This document shows positions 10,825-19,666 of a stretch of 64,000 nucleotides of DNA, one piece after another (position 1 is the stretch's first letter; the number at the start of each line of letters is the position of its first letter). The stretch covers positions 11,141 through 75,140 of the forward strand of contig CAIZXS010000009.1 in NCBI GenBank assembly GCA_903937035.1, in the 5' to 3' direction. This DNA comes from an uncultured bacterium. Its GTDB lineage: Bacteria > Patescibacteriota > Minisyncoccia > Moranbacterales > UBA2206. The notes beneath the pieces were generated by a model. That model was not told the origin of the DNA, did no database searches, and saw only the letters and a list, made by a program, of their open reading frames with translations. The position numbers and the translations under genes are program-made.

Positions 10825-10884
10825 AAAATCGATCCTGGGGTGTGTCGTGCATGCACGCATACTCTAGGATTGTCTCAAATTAAA

Positions 10885-10990
10885 AATTACATTTCTTTAG
10901 AACATATAAGATTAATTACTTATATATTTCATAAGGAGTGGAAATTTAGCTCCGATGTTCTTATCAGAATAAGTCTTCTCGTGGAAGACT
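10885..10990 (+). promoter_or_regulatory. Conserved ~110-nt leader upstream of paralog B (copy 1 of 2)
   Basis: 'aattacatttctttagaacatataagattaattacttatatatttcataaggagtgg.aatttagctcc...' is repeated at 11594-11705 with compensatory changes in a distal hairpin. Confidence 0.55.
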
Positions 10991-11030
10991 ATGAAATTAA
11001 ACACTTTTTATAAAGAGAAGGGAGTCTATT

Positions 11031-11405
11031 ATGAAGAAGATAGTGTTTATCGTAGTTTTGGCAATTGCAATGGCTATCATGTACGCTTCGCCAAGGTATG
11101 GTGAGGCGGGAGAGTGGCCAAATATTGGCCACACAGAATGGAAAAAATCCGTACATGGTGGGAACGAAACCACCAAACAGTACTATGACCGGATGACGGT
11201 CACCTCACATGAATCTTTTCCGGAATCATTTTCGTCCGGACCTTCCCTGGAGGATAATTGGTTCCCAGTAGAGGGAAATGACAGCTCGAAGAATCCAAGC
11301 GATGAGCTTTTAGGCACAGCTCCGAAGGCATCGAAACCAGAAGCAGGGGTTTCTGCGAGTCCAGCGCTGTTAGTGGAGAAATTGCCATGTCCAAACGGTG
11401 GTTGA
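11031..11405 (+). CDS. Small signal-peptide protein (paralog B), ends at a TGA aligned to a Cys of paralog A
   Basis: 124 aa with a signal peptide 'MKKIVFIVVLAIAMAIMYA'. It ends 'LPCPNGG' + TGA. The next 60 nt in frame encode '..AAWNPADPHQPAQGTVSPRQF', homologous to the tail of paralog A. Confidence 0.6.
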   Translation: MKKIVFIVVLAIAMAIMYASPRYGEAGEWPNIGHTEWKKSVHGGNETTKQYYDRMTVTSHESFPESFSSGPSLEDNWFPVEGNDSSKNPSDELLGTAPKASKPEAGVSASPALLVEKLPCPNGG

Positions 11406-11593
11406 TCCTCAGCTGCCTGGAATCCAGCTGATCCGCACCAGCCCGCACAGGGGACAGTGTCCCCGCGGCAGTTTTAAAACCAATCTTGGGTGTGTGTTAT
11501 GCAAAATCATCGCATACATGCCCCAAGGTTATCTCAAAATTCAGCTATTGACAAAAAAACGAGAATAGGTATACAATAATTAGTTAAATGAAT

Positions 11594-11705
11594 AATTACA
11601 TTTCTTTAGGACATATAAGATTAATTGCTTATATATTTCATAAGGAGTGGTAATTTAGCTCCGTAGTTCTTATGCCAGAAAGCAGGTGTTCTGCTGGAAG
11701 GCTAC
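11594..11705 (+). promoter_or_regulatory. Conserved leader upstream of paralog C (copy 2), preceded by a TTGACA-17-TACAAT promoter-like insert
   Basis: Same leader sequence as 10885-10990. Upstream, 'ttgacaaaaaaacgagaataggtatacaat' looks like a sigma70-type promoter. Confidence 0.5.
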
Positions 11706-11736
11706 AAATCAAAGTTTATTTTAAGGAGGAGTCGCT

Positions 11737-12120
11737 ATGATGAAGTGCAGCAAATCTTTGTATTTTCTGGCAATCATTTTGGTGGTTGGGATGGTTTTTA
11801 TCCAGACCGCTTCCGCATTTCAAACCTATAACAATACCCGTCCAGGAGGAACGCAGCAATTGACTGGTGTTGATTCGGCTGAAATTCGTCCGAATTTGTT
11901 GAACCCCGGCGCACAGCTGTGGTTCCACGATGACGGAAGATGGGACGCACAGGGAGGAAAGTTTTCCCTACTGTTTCCTTCACAGGAGGCCTTTCAGGCC
12001 TACTGTGCCAACCCCAACCCCAGCCCTGCTGAGCTCCGACGGCTTGCAGAAGCAGAGCCTTTGTGTCCAAGCTCCGTCGGTAAAGGACAGAAGTGGTTAA
12101 TGTTTAAAGTCAACCGCTAA
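11737..12120 (+). CDS. Small signal-peptide protein (paralog C)
   Basis: 127 aa with signal peptide 'MMKCSKSLYFLAIILVVGMVFIQTASA'. Same conserved ~110-nt leader as paralog B. C-terminal 'EPLCPSSVG' echoes the 'PCPxG' motif of A and B. Confidence 0.6.
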   Translation: MMKCSKSLYFLAIILVVGMVFIQTASAFQTYNNTRPGGTQQLTGVDSAEIRPNLLNPGAQLWFHDDGRWDAQGGKFSLLFPSQEAFQAYCANPNPSPAELRRLAEAEPLCPSSVGKGQKWLMFKVNR

Positions 12121-12205
12121 TGTCCGACAGTCCTAATTCCAAAGTGTGGAAAGTGTGCCAAAAGCACGCCGACCACCAAGGAGTTGGGACTGGTTTTATT
12201 TTAGA

Positions 12206-12236
12206 CAATCAAAAAACAGGCCATAAACCTGTTTTT
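12206..12236. terminator. Bidirectional terminator between convergent genes 11737(+) and 12262(-)
   Basis: AACAGGCCATAAACCTGTT flanked by an A-run and a T-run. Confidence 0.6.
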
Positions 12237-12261
12237 ATATTGCAAAAAAAATATACATTTT

Positions 12262-13269
12262 TTAAATATTTATTTCATACTTTTGTATTAATTTTTTCAA
12301 CTTTTCCATTTTTTCAGTTTGATCTTTTTTCCACCAGATGTGAAGAGTCATAAGTGAGCGGATCATGAGAGCGGCGTTCAGAGATTTTTCATCAATCGGT
12401 GTGATTGAGTTATAGCCGATTAGGATTTCGCTTTCTTCCTCAAGTCCGACTTTTTCACTTTCTGCTTCGATGCGTGATTTTATCAGTGTCGAAGCTAAGC
12501 ACATCATTGGGTGAGTGATTTTTGGGTTTGGGTCAAAAACGATGATCTCACCATCTTTGTAAAATAAATTATAAGGCCGAAAATCGTTATGGGTGAAAGA
12601 GGGTTTCTTTCCCGTTTTCATTTCATCGTCTAGAAATGCGAGCGCCTTATTCAGGGGCGCGTAAATTGCCTCCTGCAAAATACCCGCTTCAAGCATTTTG
12701 GGCAGTTTTTCTTCGAAAAGATTGTCTTTGATTTCTTCTTGAAAAGTGGCAAATTTGCCATGCACATTTGCTCCTGCAATTGCGTTGCCAAATCCATGAC
12801 TGGTCAGCTTGTGCAGCTTAGCCAAAATCTCTCCACTGGTTCTTGAAATTGCGCTGCTTATGCGCTCCTTGGTGTCCATGCTGTCGCTAAGCAGTGGTGC
12901 GTCAATATATTCCATTGTAGTAAAAGAGATTGGTGTTTTTTTATCTGCCATGTGTTTTCCGAGGATCTTGGGCACTCTTATCCCTGCCTTCCCCCAGCTT
13001 TCCAGAAAATGAGGTTCTGCTTCAATTGTTTCTTTGGCCGTTCCCATCTTAACGATATAGGGATTTTCTTTCCCAAGGTTAAGGCAGAAAACAACTGAAC
13101 GTGAACCGCGAGAAAACAACTCTAGATGGTCTAAGTCGATTGCTTGTTCAGGCAGGAGTCCATTTTGAGCAGCTAAAACTAAATTTGCCTTCGCTTCTTG
13201 GCGGAACTTAACTTCCTGCTCTTTCATCCAAGGTTCAATATTTATAGTTGCCTTAAAAATATTTTCCAT
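12262..13269 (-). CDS. Aminoglycoside/choline-kinase-like phosphotransferase (protein-kinase-like fold)
   Basis: 335 aa with a Brenner-type catalytic motif 'HNDFRPYNLF' and a downstream 'DPNPK' (DFG-like) region. Confidence 0.55.
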   Translation of the reverse strand: MENIFKATINIEPWMKEQEVKFRQEAKANLVLAAQNGLLPEQAIDLDHLELFSRGSRSVVFCLNLGKENPYIVKMGTAKETIEAEPHFLESWGKAGIRVPKILGKHMADKKTPISFTTMEYIDAPLLSDSMDTKERISSAISRTSGEILAKLHKLTSHGFGNAIAGANVHGKFATFQEEIKDNLFEEKLPKMLEAGILQEAIYAPLNKALAFLDDEMKTGKKPSFTHNDFRPYNLFYKDGEIIVFDPNPKITHPMMCLASTLIKSRIEAESEKVGLEEESEILIGYNSITPIDEKSLNAALMIRSLMTLHIWWKKDQTEKMEKLKKLIQKYEINI

Positions 13270-13287
13270 AATCTTTGATTGCTGCGA

Positions 13288-14226
13288 CTATTGTTTTTTT
13301 CGCGCATTGAAATCTACGCAGCCTTCTTTGATTGCCAGGGTGCATTTGCAATAGGGGACTTGGCATTTCTGCACTTTCTCATGCAGGTTTAACTTTCCTT
13401 CGAACATATTACCGAGAATTTCATTGTCGTGCGGGCAGCGCGTGATTGATCCATCAGGACGAATGCGGATAAGATCTTTTCCGGCCGTGCAGGGGACATT
13501 CATAAAAGATAGACTTTCAAAGCTAGCCACGCGATCGACTTCGGATGGAATGTGATCATGGAAAATTTTTCGCTCTTCCTCGCTATAGGCTTTGGGATAA
13601 TTTTTTCCCTCATAAGTTCCGCGGAAAGCACGCGCTTCCAGAATAAAGCCTTCTTTTTTGAACTGCTCAAAAATGGCCGGGAAGCGTTTGATGTCTGGTG
13701 GGTACATTACATAGTTAATTTCGACGCGAAAGCCCGCATCGCGCAAGCGCTTTACTTTCTCGAGCAGATCATCAACTGTGAGTCCTTGGCGCTCACGTTC
13801 AGCCAGATGCATCGAAACATAGAATGACCAGATATTTTCAGGACTAACTTCGGCGAGAAATTTATCAATCGGAAGTCCAAGGTTTGTGCCAATTGTTACT
13901 AGATGTTTTTGAGAGAGACGTTTGACGATTTCCACAAAGCGCGGATAGACGAACGGTTCTCCGCCGGAAATCACTAACCACCATTTCTTGCCCGTGTCGT
14001 CAAAAAATTGGCCGATTTGCTCGGGCATGATGAAATGCGTTTTATAGGGATTGATGGCGGGGACTTTGCTTCTGACCCAATCGCCAGCTCTTGTTTTGAG
14101 GCTGCGTTGTGAGTCATCAAAAAAGCAATAGGGACATTTGAAATTACATTCCAGGTTCAGTAGCCACATGGCAATTTTGTCATAACTCTTTTGTTTCGGG
14201 GAGCTTATTTTTGGGTTTTGGTTCAT
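13288..14226 (-). CDS. Radical SAM domain protein
   Basis: 312 aa with 'CNFKCPYC' (CxxxCxxC) near the N-terminus and a Cys-rich C-terminal region (SPASM/twitch-like). Confidence 0.7.
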   Translation of the reverse strand: MNQNPKISSPKQKSYDKIAMWLLNLECNFKCPYCFFDDSQRSLKTRAGDWVRSKVPAINPYKTHFIMPEQIGQFFDDTGKKWWLVISGGEPFVYPRFVEIVKRLSQKHLVTIGTNLGLPIDKFLAEVSPENIWSFYVSMHLAERERQGLTVDDLLEKVKRLRDAGFRVEINYVMYPPDIKRFPAIFEQFKKEGFILEARAFRGTYEGKNYPKAYSEEERKIFHDHIPSEVDRVASFESLSFMNVPCTAGKDLIRIRPDGSITRCPHDNEILGNMFEGKLNLHEKVQKCQVPYCKCTLAIKEGCVDFNARKKQ

Positions 14227-14273
14227 AATATTTGGTCTAATTAATTTTAGAATTTATAAATTTAAAAAAGTGC

Positions 14274-14311
14274 TGTCATCCTTCGACTCCGCTGTGCTAC
14301 GCTCAGGATGA
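14274..14311. repeat. Collapsed family-1 hairpin (the two TIRs joined: GTCATCC..TCAGGATGAC)
   Basis: A 38-bp stem-loop between the radical SAM and Wzy genes. It carries the same flanking 'CAAGCTT' as the other copies, in the opposite orientation. Confidence 0.55.
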
Positions 14312-14324
14312 CAAGAAAGCTTGA

Positions 14325-15779
14325 TTATGTTTTTTTCCGCCAATATTCTTGACTTGCTCCCAGCCAACTGCCAAGGAGTAGCCAGCTGATGATTTGATAG
14401 GTGAAATCCATCGATGGTGATTCGACCATTGAAATTATTATCATTGAGCCGAAAAGAACGAGTGGAACAACGCCTAGAGTTTTTAGTTCCACATTGAAAT
14501 CCTTGCCCCAAAAATGAAGTTTCTCATTGAATTTTGGGTAACGCAAGAAGCTTTTGCTGGCATAATAGAGCGCTCCAATCAGATAGATGAGATAGAGAAG
14601 AACCCCCAAGACTCCACCTTCCAGAAAGAAACGAACAAGGTCATTGTGCGGATAGACATTGCCAGTCTCTTTACCCTGGGTATCTTTGATGATTTCGCTG
14701 AATGAGCCGATACCATAACCAATGAAAGGTTTTTTCCAGGCCTTAAAAAGGGCCATATCCCAAATCTCATAACGTCCATACATTGAGTCATACATGTGAT
14801 GTTCGAAAATTCCTAAAATTCTCTCTCTAGTTTTATCAAAGAGTAAAACAATAGAAGAGAGCAAGAGTCCGCAATAGACCATTAGCGTTCTAACGTGTGG
14901 CTTCATAATGAAGATTGCCAGCGCTGAAATGAGAAGTCCTGACCAAGCGGTTCGAGAATAGGTCAGGATAAAAAGTAGGCCTAAGATAAAAGCAAAAAAA
15001 TAGATTCCAAGCTTGGAGAGATTTGTTCTTCTGTTTTCCAGGCTTACGGCGAAAAAAGTTACTAGAAATAAGGTGAGGACAATGAAGAGAAATGAGCCGA
15101 AAGTATTGGGATGGGGAAATGTGGCGGCAATTCTCCCAAGGCTTGAGTCATTTTCAAAAAAATAATTACCAGTCAGAAGCTGAAAGATGCCAGTCAGGGC
15201 TGGGATTACAGCGGAAAAAATAATCACAAGGATTGTTTTGAGAAAATTCTCCTTTGAGCTTAGAAAGAGATAACCCAGAAAATAGGCAGAGAATCCAGCC
15301 AGAAGGTAGACTTCAAAGATAAGTCCAATGGCCAGATACTTAGATGGCAGGAGAACTGTAATGCTTAAAGCGGCTGATATGAGTAGGATGAAAAACAAGG
15401 GGATTTTTGCCATTTTCTTGCCGACTCGCAGGATTTCGATGATTGCCAGAAAGATAAGAAAGAGACAAGTTAATGAAAAAGGATTAACATATAAATCTCC
15501 TATATTCACGATATTTTGGAAAAGAGTTCCAATATTAATCTGATAGTTATTGAGCCCGACAACCACGGGAAGAAAAAATAGAATTGTCCAAAGCACTTTT
15601 TTCATATCAAAAAATGCTAATCCAGTAAGGAACATGAAAATAAAGGCGCCCATTACCAAGCGAACGTTTCCTGCGAGTTGTCCAAAGAGCAGTCCAGTAA
15701 GAAAAAAAACAACAGAAAAAAACAGTACGTAAGCATAGAAGCGAGAATTTTTATTCAATTTTGGGATTAGGCTTTGCAT
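14325..15779 (-). CDS. O-antigen ligase / Wzy-like polymerase family membrane protein
   Basis: 484 aa with ~11-12 TM helices, a large periplasmic loop and 'YSRTAWSGLLISALAIFIM', typical of the O-antigen ligase (Wzy_C) family. Confidence 0.7.
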   Translation of the reverse strand: MQSLIPKLNKNSRFYAYVLFFSVVFFLTGLLFGQLAGNVRLVMGAFIFMFLTGLAFFDMKKVLWTILFFLPVVVGLNNYQINIGTLFQNIVNIGDLYVNPFSLTCLFLIFLAIIEILRVGKKMAKIPLFFILLISAALSITVLLPSKYLAIGLIFEVYLLAGFSAYFLGYLFLSSKENFLKTILVIIFSAVIPALTGIFQLLTGNYFFENDSSLGRIAATFPHPNTFGSFLFIVLTLFLVTFFAVSLENRRTNLSKLGIYFFAFILGLLFILTYSRTAWSGLLISALAIFIMKPHVRTLMVYCGLLLSSIVLLFDKTRERILGIFEHHMYDSMYGRYEIWDMALFKAWKKPFIGYGIGSFSEIIKDTQGKETGNVYPHNDLVRFFLEGGVLGVLLYLIYLIGALYYASKSFLRYPKFNEKLHFWGKDFNVELKTLGVVPLVLFGSMIIISMVESPSMDFTYQIISWLLLGSWLGASQEYWRKKT

Positions 15780-15791
15780 ATTGTTGTGCGG

Positions 15792-17018
15792 TTATTTTTG
15801 AAAAAATTTATCAAATAGATCGAAATAGAGCGGCAAAACTTTTTCGGATGAGTATCTTGCGGTTTCTTCTAGATAAGTATTGTTTTTCTCAAAAAGTTTT
15901 TCAGGGTTGATTTTTGCAATCGATTCTTCCCACTTTGTGTAATCAACCAGTGCTCCTGTGCCAGTTTTTTCAATCATCTCTTCGATGACCCCGATTTCTT
16001 TATTGGCAATAATGGGTAGTCCGGCCCCCCAGAAATCTACAATCTTGATGTAAAGCATCATGGTTTTGAACTTGGCGGTAGTTGTCAGGCAAATGCCTGC
16101 GTCGCATGCGCAGAGGTAGTGGTAGCGTTCTGTGGGAGCATAGGATGAAATAGCATAGGAGTCTTTTTCAAACCCATATTTTTCAAAAATTTCTGGTAGA
16201 GATTTTAAGATTCCATAGGATTCTGTTCGCGCGTAATCTTCTTTCAGAAATAGCTGGAAAAAAATAGCAGGATTTTTTTTCCTAAGTCGAGACACGAGAT
16301 CAACCATCTGCTCAAATTCATACCAAGCTTCAACTGTTCCAGTATAGGCAATTACCTTTTTTCCTGTAAATCCGAGCTTTTCGCGCATTTTCTCTCGATT
16401 CCAGTCTTTGTCAGGAAGTAGTGTGGCGTCCCAATAATTTGGTATGACCGTAAATTGTCCCTCATTAAGTTTGTATAATTCTCCTAGATGCTTTTTAAAT
16501 TCTTCAGTTTCTACGATAGTGGAGAAGCTTTTTCGGATAGCGATTTTTTCCAGAAGTCCAATCGCGTTGGCATAGAGCAGATCTTTGAATTTTCTGTAGT
16601 ACTTACGTTCTGCCACATAGGCGCCGCGCGGGCTATAGATGAAAGAAGTGTGCCAAAAATATTTGGCCCAGAGGAGAAAGGGGATAAACTTATAATTTCT
16701 GGCATAGATGACGGGCGATTCACTGGCCGTATCTTTGAGTTGTTTTTTGAAAAGCTGATATGATTTCAGTGAGAAATATAAAATAGAGGGCAGTAGGGTG
16801 AAACGGGGGACATTGATTTTTTGCAAAACTATCCCCGCCCCAGTCAATTTTTTTTCTGCTTCAGTTCGATATTTTTCTTGGGCGTCGAATCTTCCGCTGG
16901 TTTCCAAGACTTCAGTTGCATATCCAAGGCGAGCAGCTTCCAAGAGAATAGGAAAAAGCTGAGCTTGGATAACCCCATTGGTAATTGGCATTTCTGATAG
17001 AAACAAAATCTTTTTCAT
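15792..17018 (-). CDS. Glycosyltransferase, GT-B fold (GT4-like)
   Basis: 408 aa. C-terminal 'GAGLPIIANKEIGVIEEMIEKTGTGALVD' resembles the GT4 donor-binding region. Confidence 0.65.
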   Translation of the reverse strand: MKKILFLSEMPITNGVIQAQLFPILLEAARLGYATEVLETSGRFDAQEKYRTEAEKKLTGAGIVLQKINVPRFTLLPSILYFSLKSYQLFKKQLKDTASESPVIYARNYKFIPFLLWAKYFWHTSFIYSPRGAYVAERKYYRKFKDLLYANAIGLLEKIAIRKSFSTIVETEEFKKHLGELYKLNEGQFTVIPNYWDATLLPDKDWNREKMREKLGFTGKKVIAYTGTVEAWYEFEQMVDLVSRLRKKNPAIFFQLFLKEDYARTESYGILKSLPEIFEKYGFEKDSYAISSYAPTERYHYLCACDAGICLTTTAKFKTMMLYIKIVDFWGAGLPIIANKEIGVIEEMIEKTGTGALVDYTKWEESIAKINPEKLFEKNNTYLEETARYSSEKVLPLYFDLFDKFFQK

Positions 17019-17033
17019 GCTAGCTATTCTATG

Positions 17034-17178
17034 ACTTACGCATTTACCAAAAACAAGCTTTAAAGCGCGTGGCTGTTTGAAGTTCGTTTTTTACTTATTT
17101 TAGCATCTGAAACTATTGAAGTTTTTTCCGGATCAACCTGGGCTATAGAAAAGCTTATTCTTAGCAAACGCGTAAGTT
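17034..17178. mobile_element. MITE-like element, family 2 (~145 bp, TIR ACTTACGCGTTTGCCAAAA / TTTGCAAACGCGTAAGT)
   Basis: Second copy at 39733-39872, and a left-end fragment at ~18266-18290 that abuts the family-1 copy. Intergenic. Confidence 0.65.
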
Positions 17179-17193
17179 ACATGTTCTTTGCTT

Positions 17194-18207
17194 TTAGGTT
17201 TTTTCGATAACCTGATTTATAAACAGTATATCATTTTTCCAGCGAATAGTATCCTTTTTTAGAAAAGTGTCTATTTTTTCCTCTATCTCAGTTTTCTTTG
17301 CTTGAGCTAGTTGAATTTTTTCTGCCAGATCACTTGCCTTGTGATTGGTAAAGAGAGCGACGTCAGAAAAATAATGCTTAATTGTTTCGGAATCTGAAGT
17401 GACAAAGGGTTTTTTGAGCGCCATGATTTCTCTGATCGACCAAAGAACAGTGTCTCGTCTCTTAGTAAGCGCAAGAACGACGTCACAGCGATTCATGAGA
17501 GTCATAAACTCTTTGTGCTTTAGATACCCCGTGGTGGTAACATTCGCCGGGAAAGCATCTTTGATTTTTTGGCTAATCTTTTCGTCATTTCCAGTGAGAA
17601 AAAAAAGTGCCTGTGGCATTATCCTTGCCGTCTCAACTACTTCCTGCCAGGCATCATCAGCCTCGGCAAAGCGATTGACCATAAAAACTTTTAAACCAGC
17701 TTGGTTTTTTAGTTTTGCCTCTAACTCATCGGATAGTGCTATATTTTCCTTTAGAATTTCTAGCTTTGTCGGTGTGTAAAATTGCAAAACAGAACTTTTT
17801 TCAATTCCCCAATTTTTGAGATATTCTAAATTCTTATAATTATGCGCCGTATTCCAAATTGCCCGCTTGGCTAGGAATTTATGAAGTGGGTGAAAGTAGG
17901 TCCATTTTTTGTCGATAAATCCAGCTGTATGTGTGTCGATGATATATGCGGCCGAATTGAATTTGGCATAAAGGTAGACAACAGCGACAGCAATGATGGG
18001 CGGATTTTGTACGAAGATGATTTGTGGTCTAATTTGCCTCAATTTTTTGTATGTGTCAAAACCTTGAATGATATAGCGTACAATTGTGGGAATGGCAAAA
18101 TTACCCCAATACTTTTCGCAAGAGATGATAATTTCGGCGTCAATTTCTCGAGCGAGAAATTCGCTCAATTTGACTTCCTGGACCCAGATTACAAATGCTT
18201 TTTTCAT
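17194..18207 (-). CDS. Putative glycosyltransferase-like protein (GT-B-like), function unclear
   Basis: 337 aa, located between glycosyltransferases in the polysaccharide locus. No strong motif recognised; called from context and length. Confidence 0.35.
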   Translation of the reverse strand: MKKAFVIWVQEVKLSEFLAREIDAEIIISCEKYWGNFAIPTIVRYIIQGFDTYKKLRQIRPQIIFVQNPPIIAVAVVYLYAKFNSAAYIIDTHTAGFIDKKWTYFHPLHKFLAKRAIWNTAHNYKNLEYLKNWGIEKSSVLQFYTPTKLEILKENIALSDELEAKLKNQAGLKVFMVNRFAEADDAWQEVVETARIMPQALFFLTGNDEKISQKIKDAFPANVTTTGYLKHKEFMTLMNRCDVVLALTKRRDTVLWSIREIMALKKPFVTSDSETIKHYFSDVALFTNHKASDLAEKIQLAQAKKTEIEEKIDTFLKKDTIRWKNDILFINQVIEKT

Positions 18208-18301
18208 ACTTTACGAATTAGTACGAATATACGAATAAATATTAGTTCAATTTTTGTCTTATACAGGGCTTACGCGTTTGCCGAAAAAATAATCAATCTG
18301 T

Positions 18302-18439
18302 GTCATCCTGAGCGAAGCGGAGCGTAGTCGAAGGATCTACTTTCCATTATCATAAGCGTTGCTATTAAGTAGAAAGCTCTGGGTTATGGTTAGCAGATCC
18401 TTCGGCTTTGTCCGGGTACGGACTTCGCTCAGGATGACA
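18302..18439. mobile_element. MITE-like element, family 1 (~138 bp, terminal inverted repeats GTCATCCTGAGCGAAGC / GCTTCGCTCAGGATGAC)
   Basis: Near-identical copy at 59161-59299 and a collapsed 38-bp version at 14274-14311. Intergenic. The spurious ORFs 17881-18327 and 14254-14511 read through these copies ('CHPERS'). Confidence 0.7.
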
Positions 18440-18452
18440 ACTTTTTTATTCC

Positions 18453-19661
18453 TTATTCTTTATTATTTACGAACAGCGAACTATACGCGCGTAAGAGTTC
18501 TTTTTGCGCTGAGGCTTGGCTAAAGAGGTAACTCCCGGCTCGTTTCTTGCTTTCAGCTGACATTGACTGGCGCAAGGCAAAACTATCAATAAGGCTGACT
18601 ACCGCCCTGGCAAATTCTTTTTCATTATTATTTTTAACGTAGATTGCTGCATTGCCCGCTGTCGTCTTAGCCTCTTTTAGGTCGTAGGCGATAACTGGCA
18701 GTCCTGCAGTCATATACTCGAGAATTTTATTGTGCAGAGAATTATCTGTGTAGTCATTTTTTGGTTCTGGCATAAGGCCAATTTGAGAGGCATAAAAATA
18801 GCTCGAGATGACTTTGGCATCAGCCCAGCCAGTAAAGATGACATTATCTTTTATTTTATACTCTTCACTCATTTTTACCAAGCGTTCAAAATCATCGCCA
18901 TCACCCATAAGAACAAATCCGATGTCAGTTCTTTTAAGTTCATGCACGATTACTTTGATGCTGCGCAGAAGTTTATCCACTCCGTCCTGCGGGCCCATTA
19001 CACCAAGATATGAGCAGATTGAGCGATACTTTGCTTGAATTTTTTTGGTCAATTCCGTATTGACTAGTTCCGGGCTGATTTGGGTTGGGTCTGGCGCGGA
19101 GCGGACGATGAAATTTTTTGCTCTTACTTTGACGCGAGAGAGGGTTTTCTTTTGACCAGACTCGCAAGTTGAAAGATGAATATCGCAAAAGCGGTAACTC
19201 ATTCGTTCCATGAAAAGCAAGATTTTATAGAGAAAATGCTCCTTGGTTTTACCAAAACGGCAAAGCAACATTTCTGGCATCAGATCGTGTTGATCGTAAA
19301 CAAATTTGACGCCAAGAGGTTTGAAAAATAGAGCGATGATAAAAAAGAAATCTGGTGGATTGGCAGAGTGTAGAATAGAAAAACCACGCGTGAAAAAAAT
19401 TTTCCAAGCTAGATAGAAAGTTAACGTAAAAGAATAAGAATATTCCCAAAGATAGCTAAGGTAGCCAGAAGATTTTGGTGCCATCAAATAACGATGCATG
19501 TGAATGCCGTCTGCTATTTCAAATTTAGTCTGCTCTGGCTTTCTTGGAGAAATAATGGAAACAGTATAGCCAGATTTTTCAAGGGCTCGCGCTTCCATCA
19601 TGATCCGACGGTCCTGGGGGACGGGCAGATTTTGGACTAAAAATAGAACTGATTTTTTCAT
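18453..19661 (-). CDS. Glycosyltransferase family 4
   Basis: 402 aa with GT4-type organisation; C-terminal region 'GLPVIAYDLKEAKTTAGNAAIY'. Confidence 0.65.
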   Translation of the reverse strand: MKKSVLFLVQNLPVPQDRRIMMEARALEKSGYTVSIISPRKPEQTKFEIADGIHMHRYLMAPKSSGYLSYLWEYSYSFTLTFYLAWKIFFTRGFSILHSANPPDFFFIIALFFKPLGVKFVYDQHDLMPEMLLCRFGKTKEHFLYKILLFMERMSYRFCDIHLSTCESGQKKTLSRVKVRAKNFIVRSAPDPTQISPELVNTELTKKIQAKYRSICSYLGVMGPQDGVDKLLRSIKVIVHELKRTDIGFVLMGDGDDFERLVKMSEEYKIKDNVIFTGWADAKVISSYFYASQIGLMPEPKNDYTDNSLHNKILEYMTAGLPVIAYDLKEAKTTAGNAAIYVKNNNEKEFARAVVSLIDSFALRQSMSAESKKRAGSYLFSQASAQKELLRAYSSLFVNNKE

Positions 19662-19666
19662 TTGAT

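Noticed and set aside
11403-11405. TGA recoding (selenocysteine, or genetic code 25 with TGA=Gly)
   Set aside because: Code 25 is rejected: a 1508-codon ORF and all housekeeping genes are TGA-free internally, and TGA terminates the P-type ATPase. Sec is left open but unlikely: no SECIS-like hairpin sits immediately 3' of the UGA and no Sec machinery is visible. A nonsense mutation of a TGY Cys codon is the simplest explanation.
12120-12353. 77-aa ORF downstream of paralog C
   Set aside because: It overlaps the bidirectional terminator and the 3' end of the convergent kinase gene. It has no RBS and is low-complexity. Likely non-coding.
17881-18327. 148-aa ORF on the plus strand ending '...LCHPERSGA'
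   Set aside because: It is antisense to the glycosyltransferase-like gene 17194-18207, and its 3' end is translated from the MITE family-1 repeat. 'CHPERS' is GTCATCCTGAGCGA. The same artefact occurs at 14254-14511.
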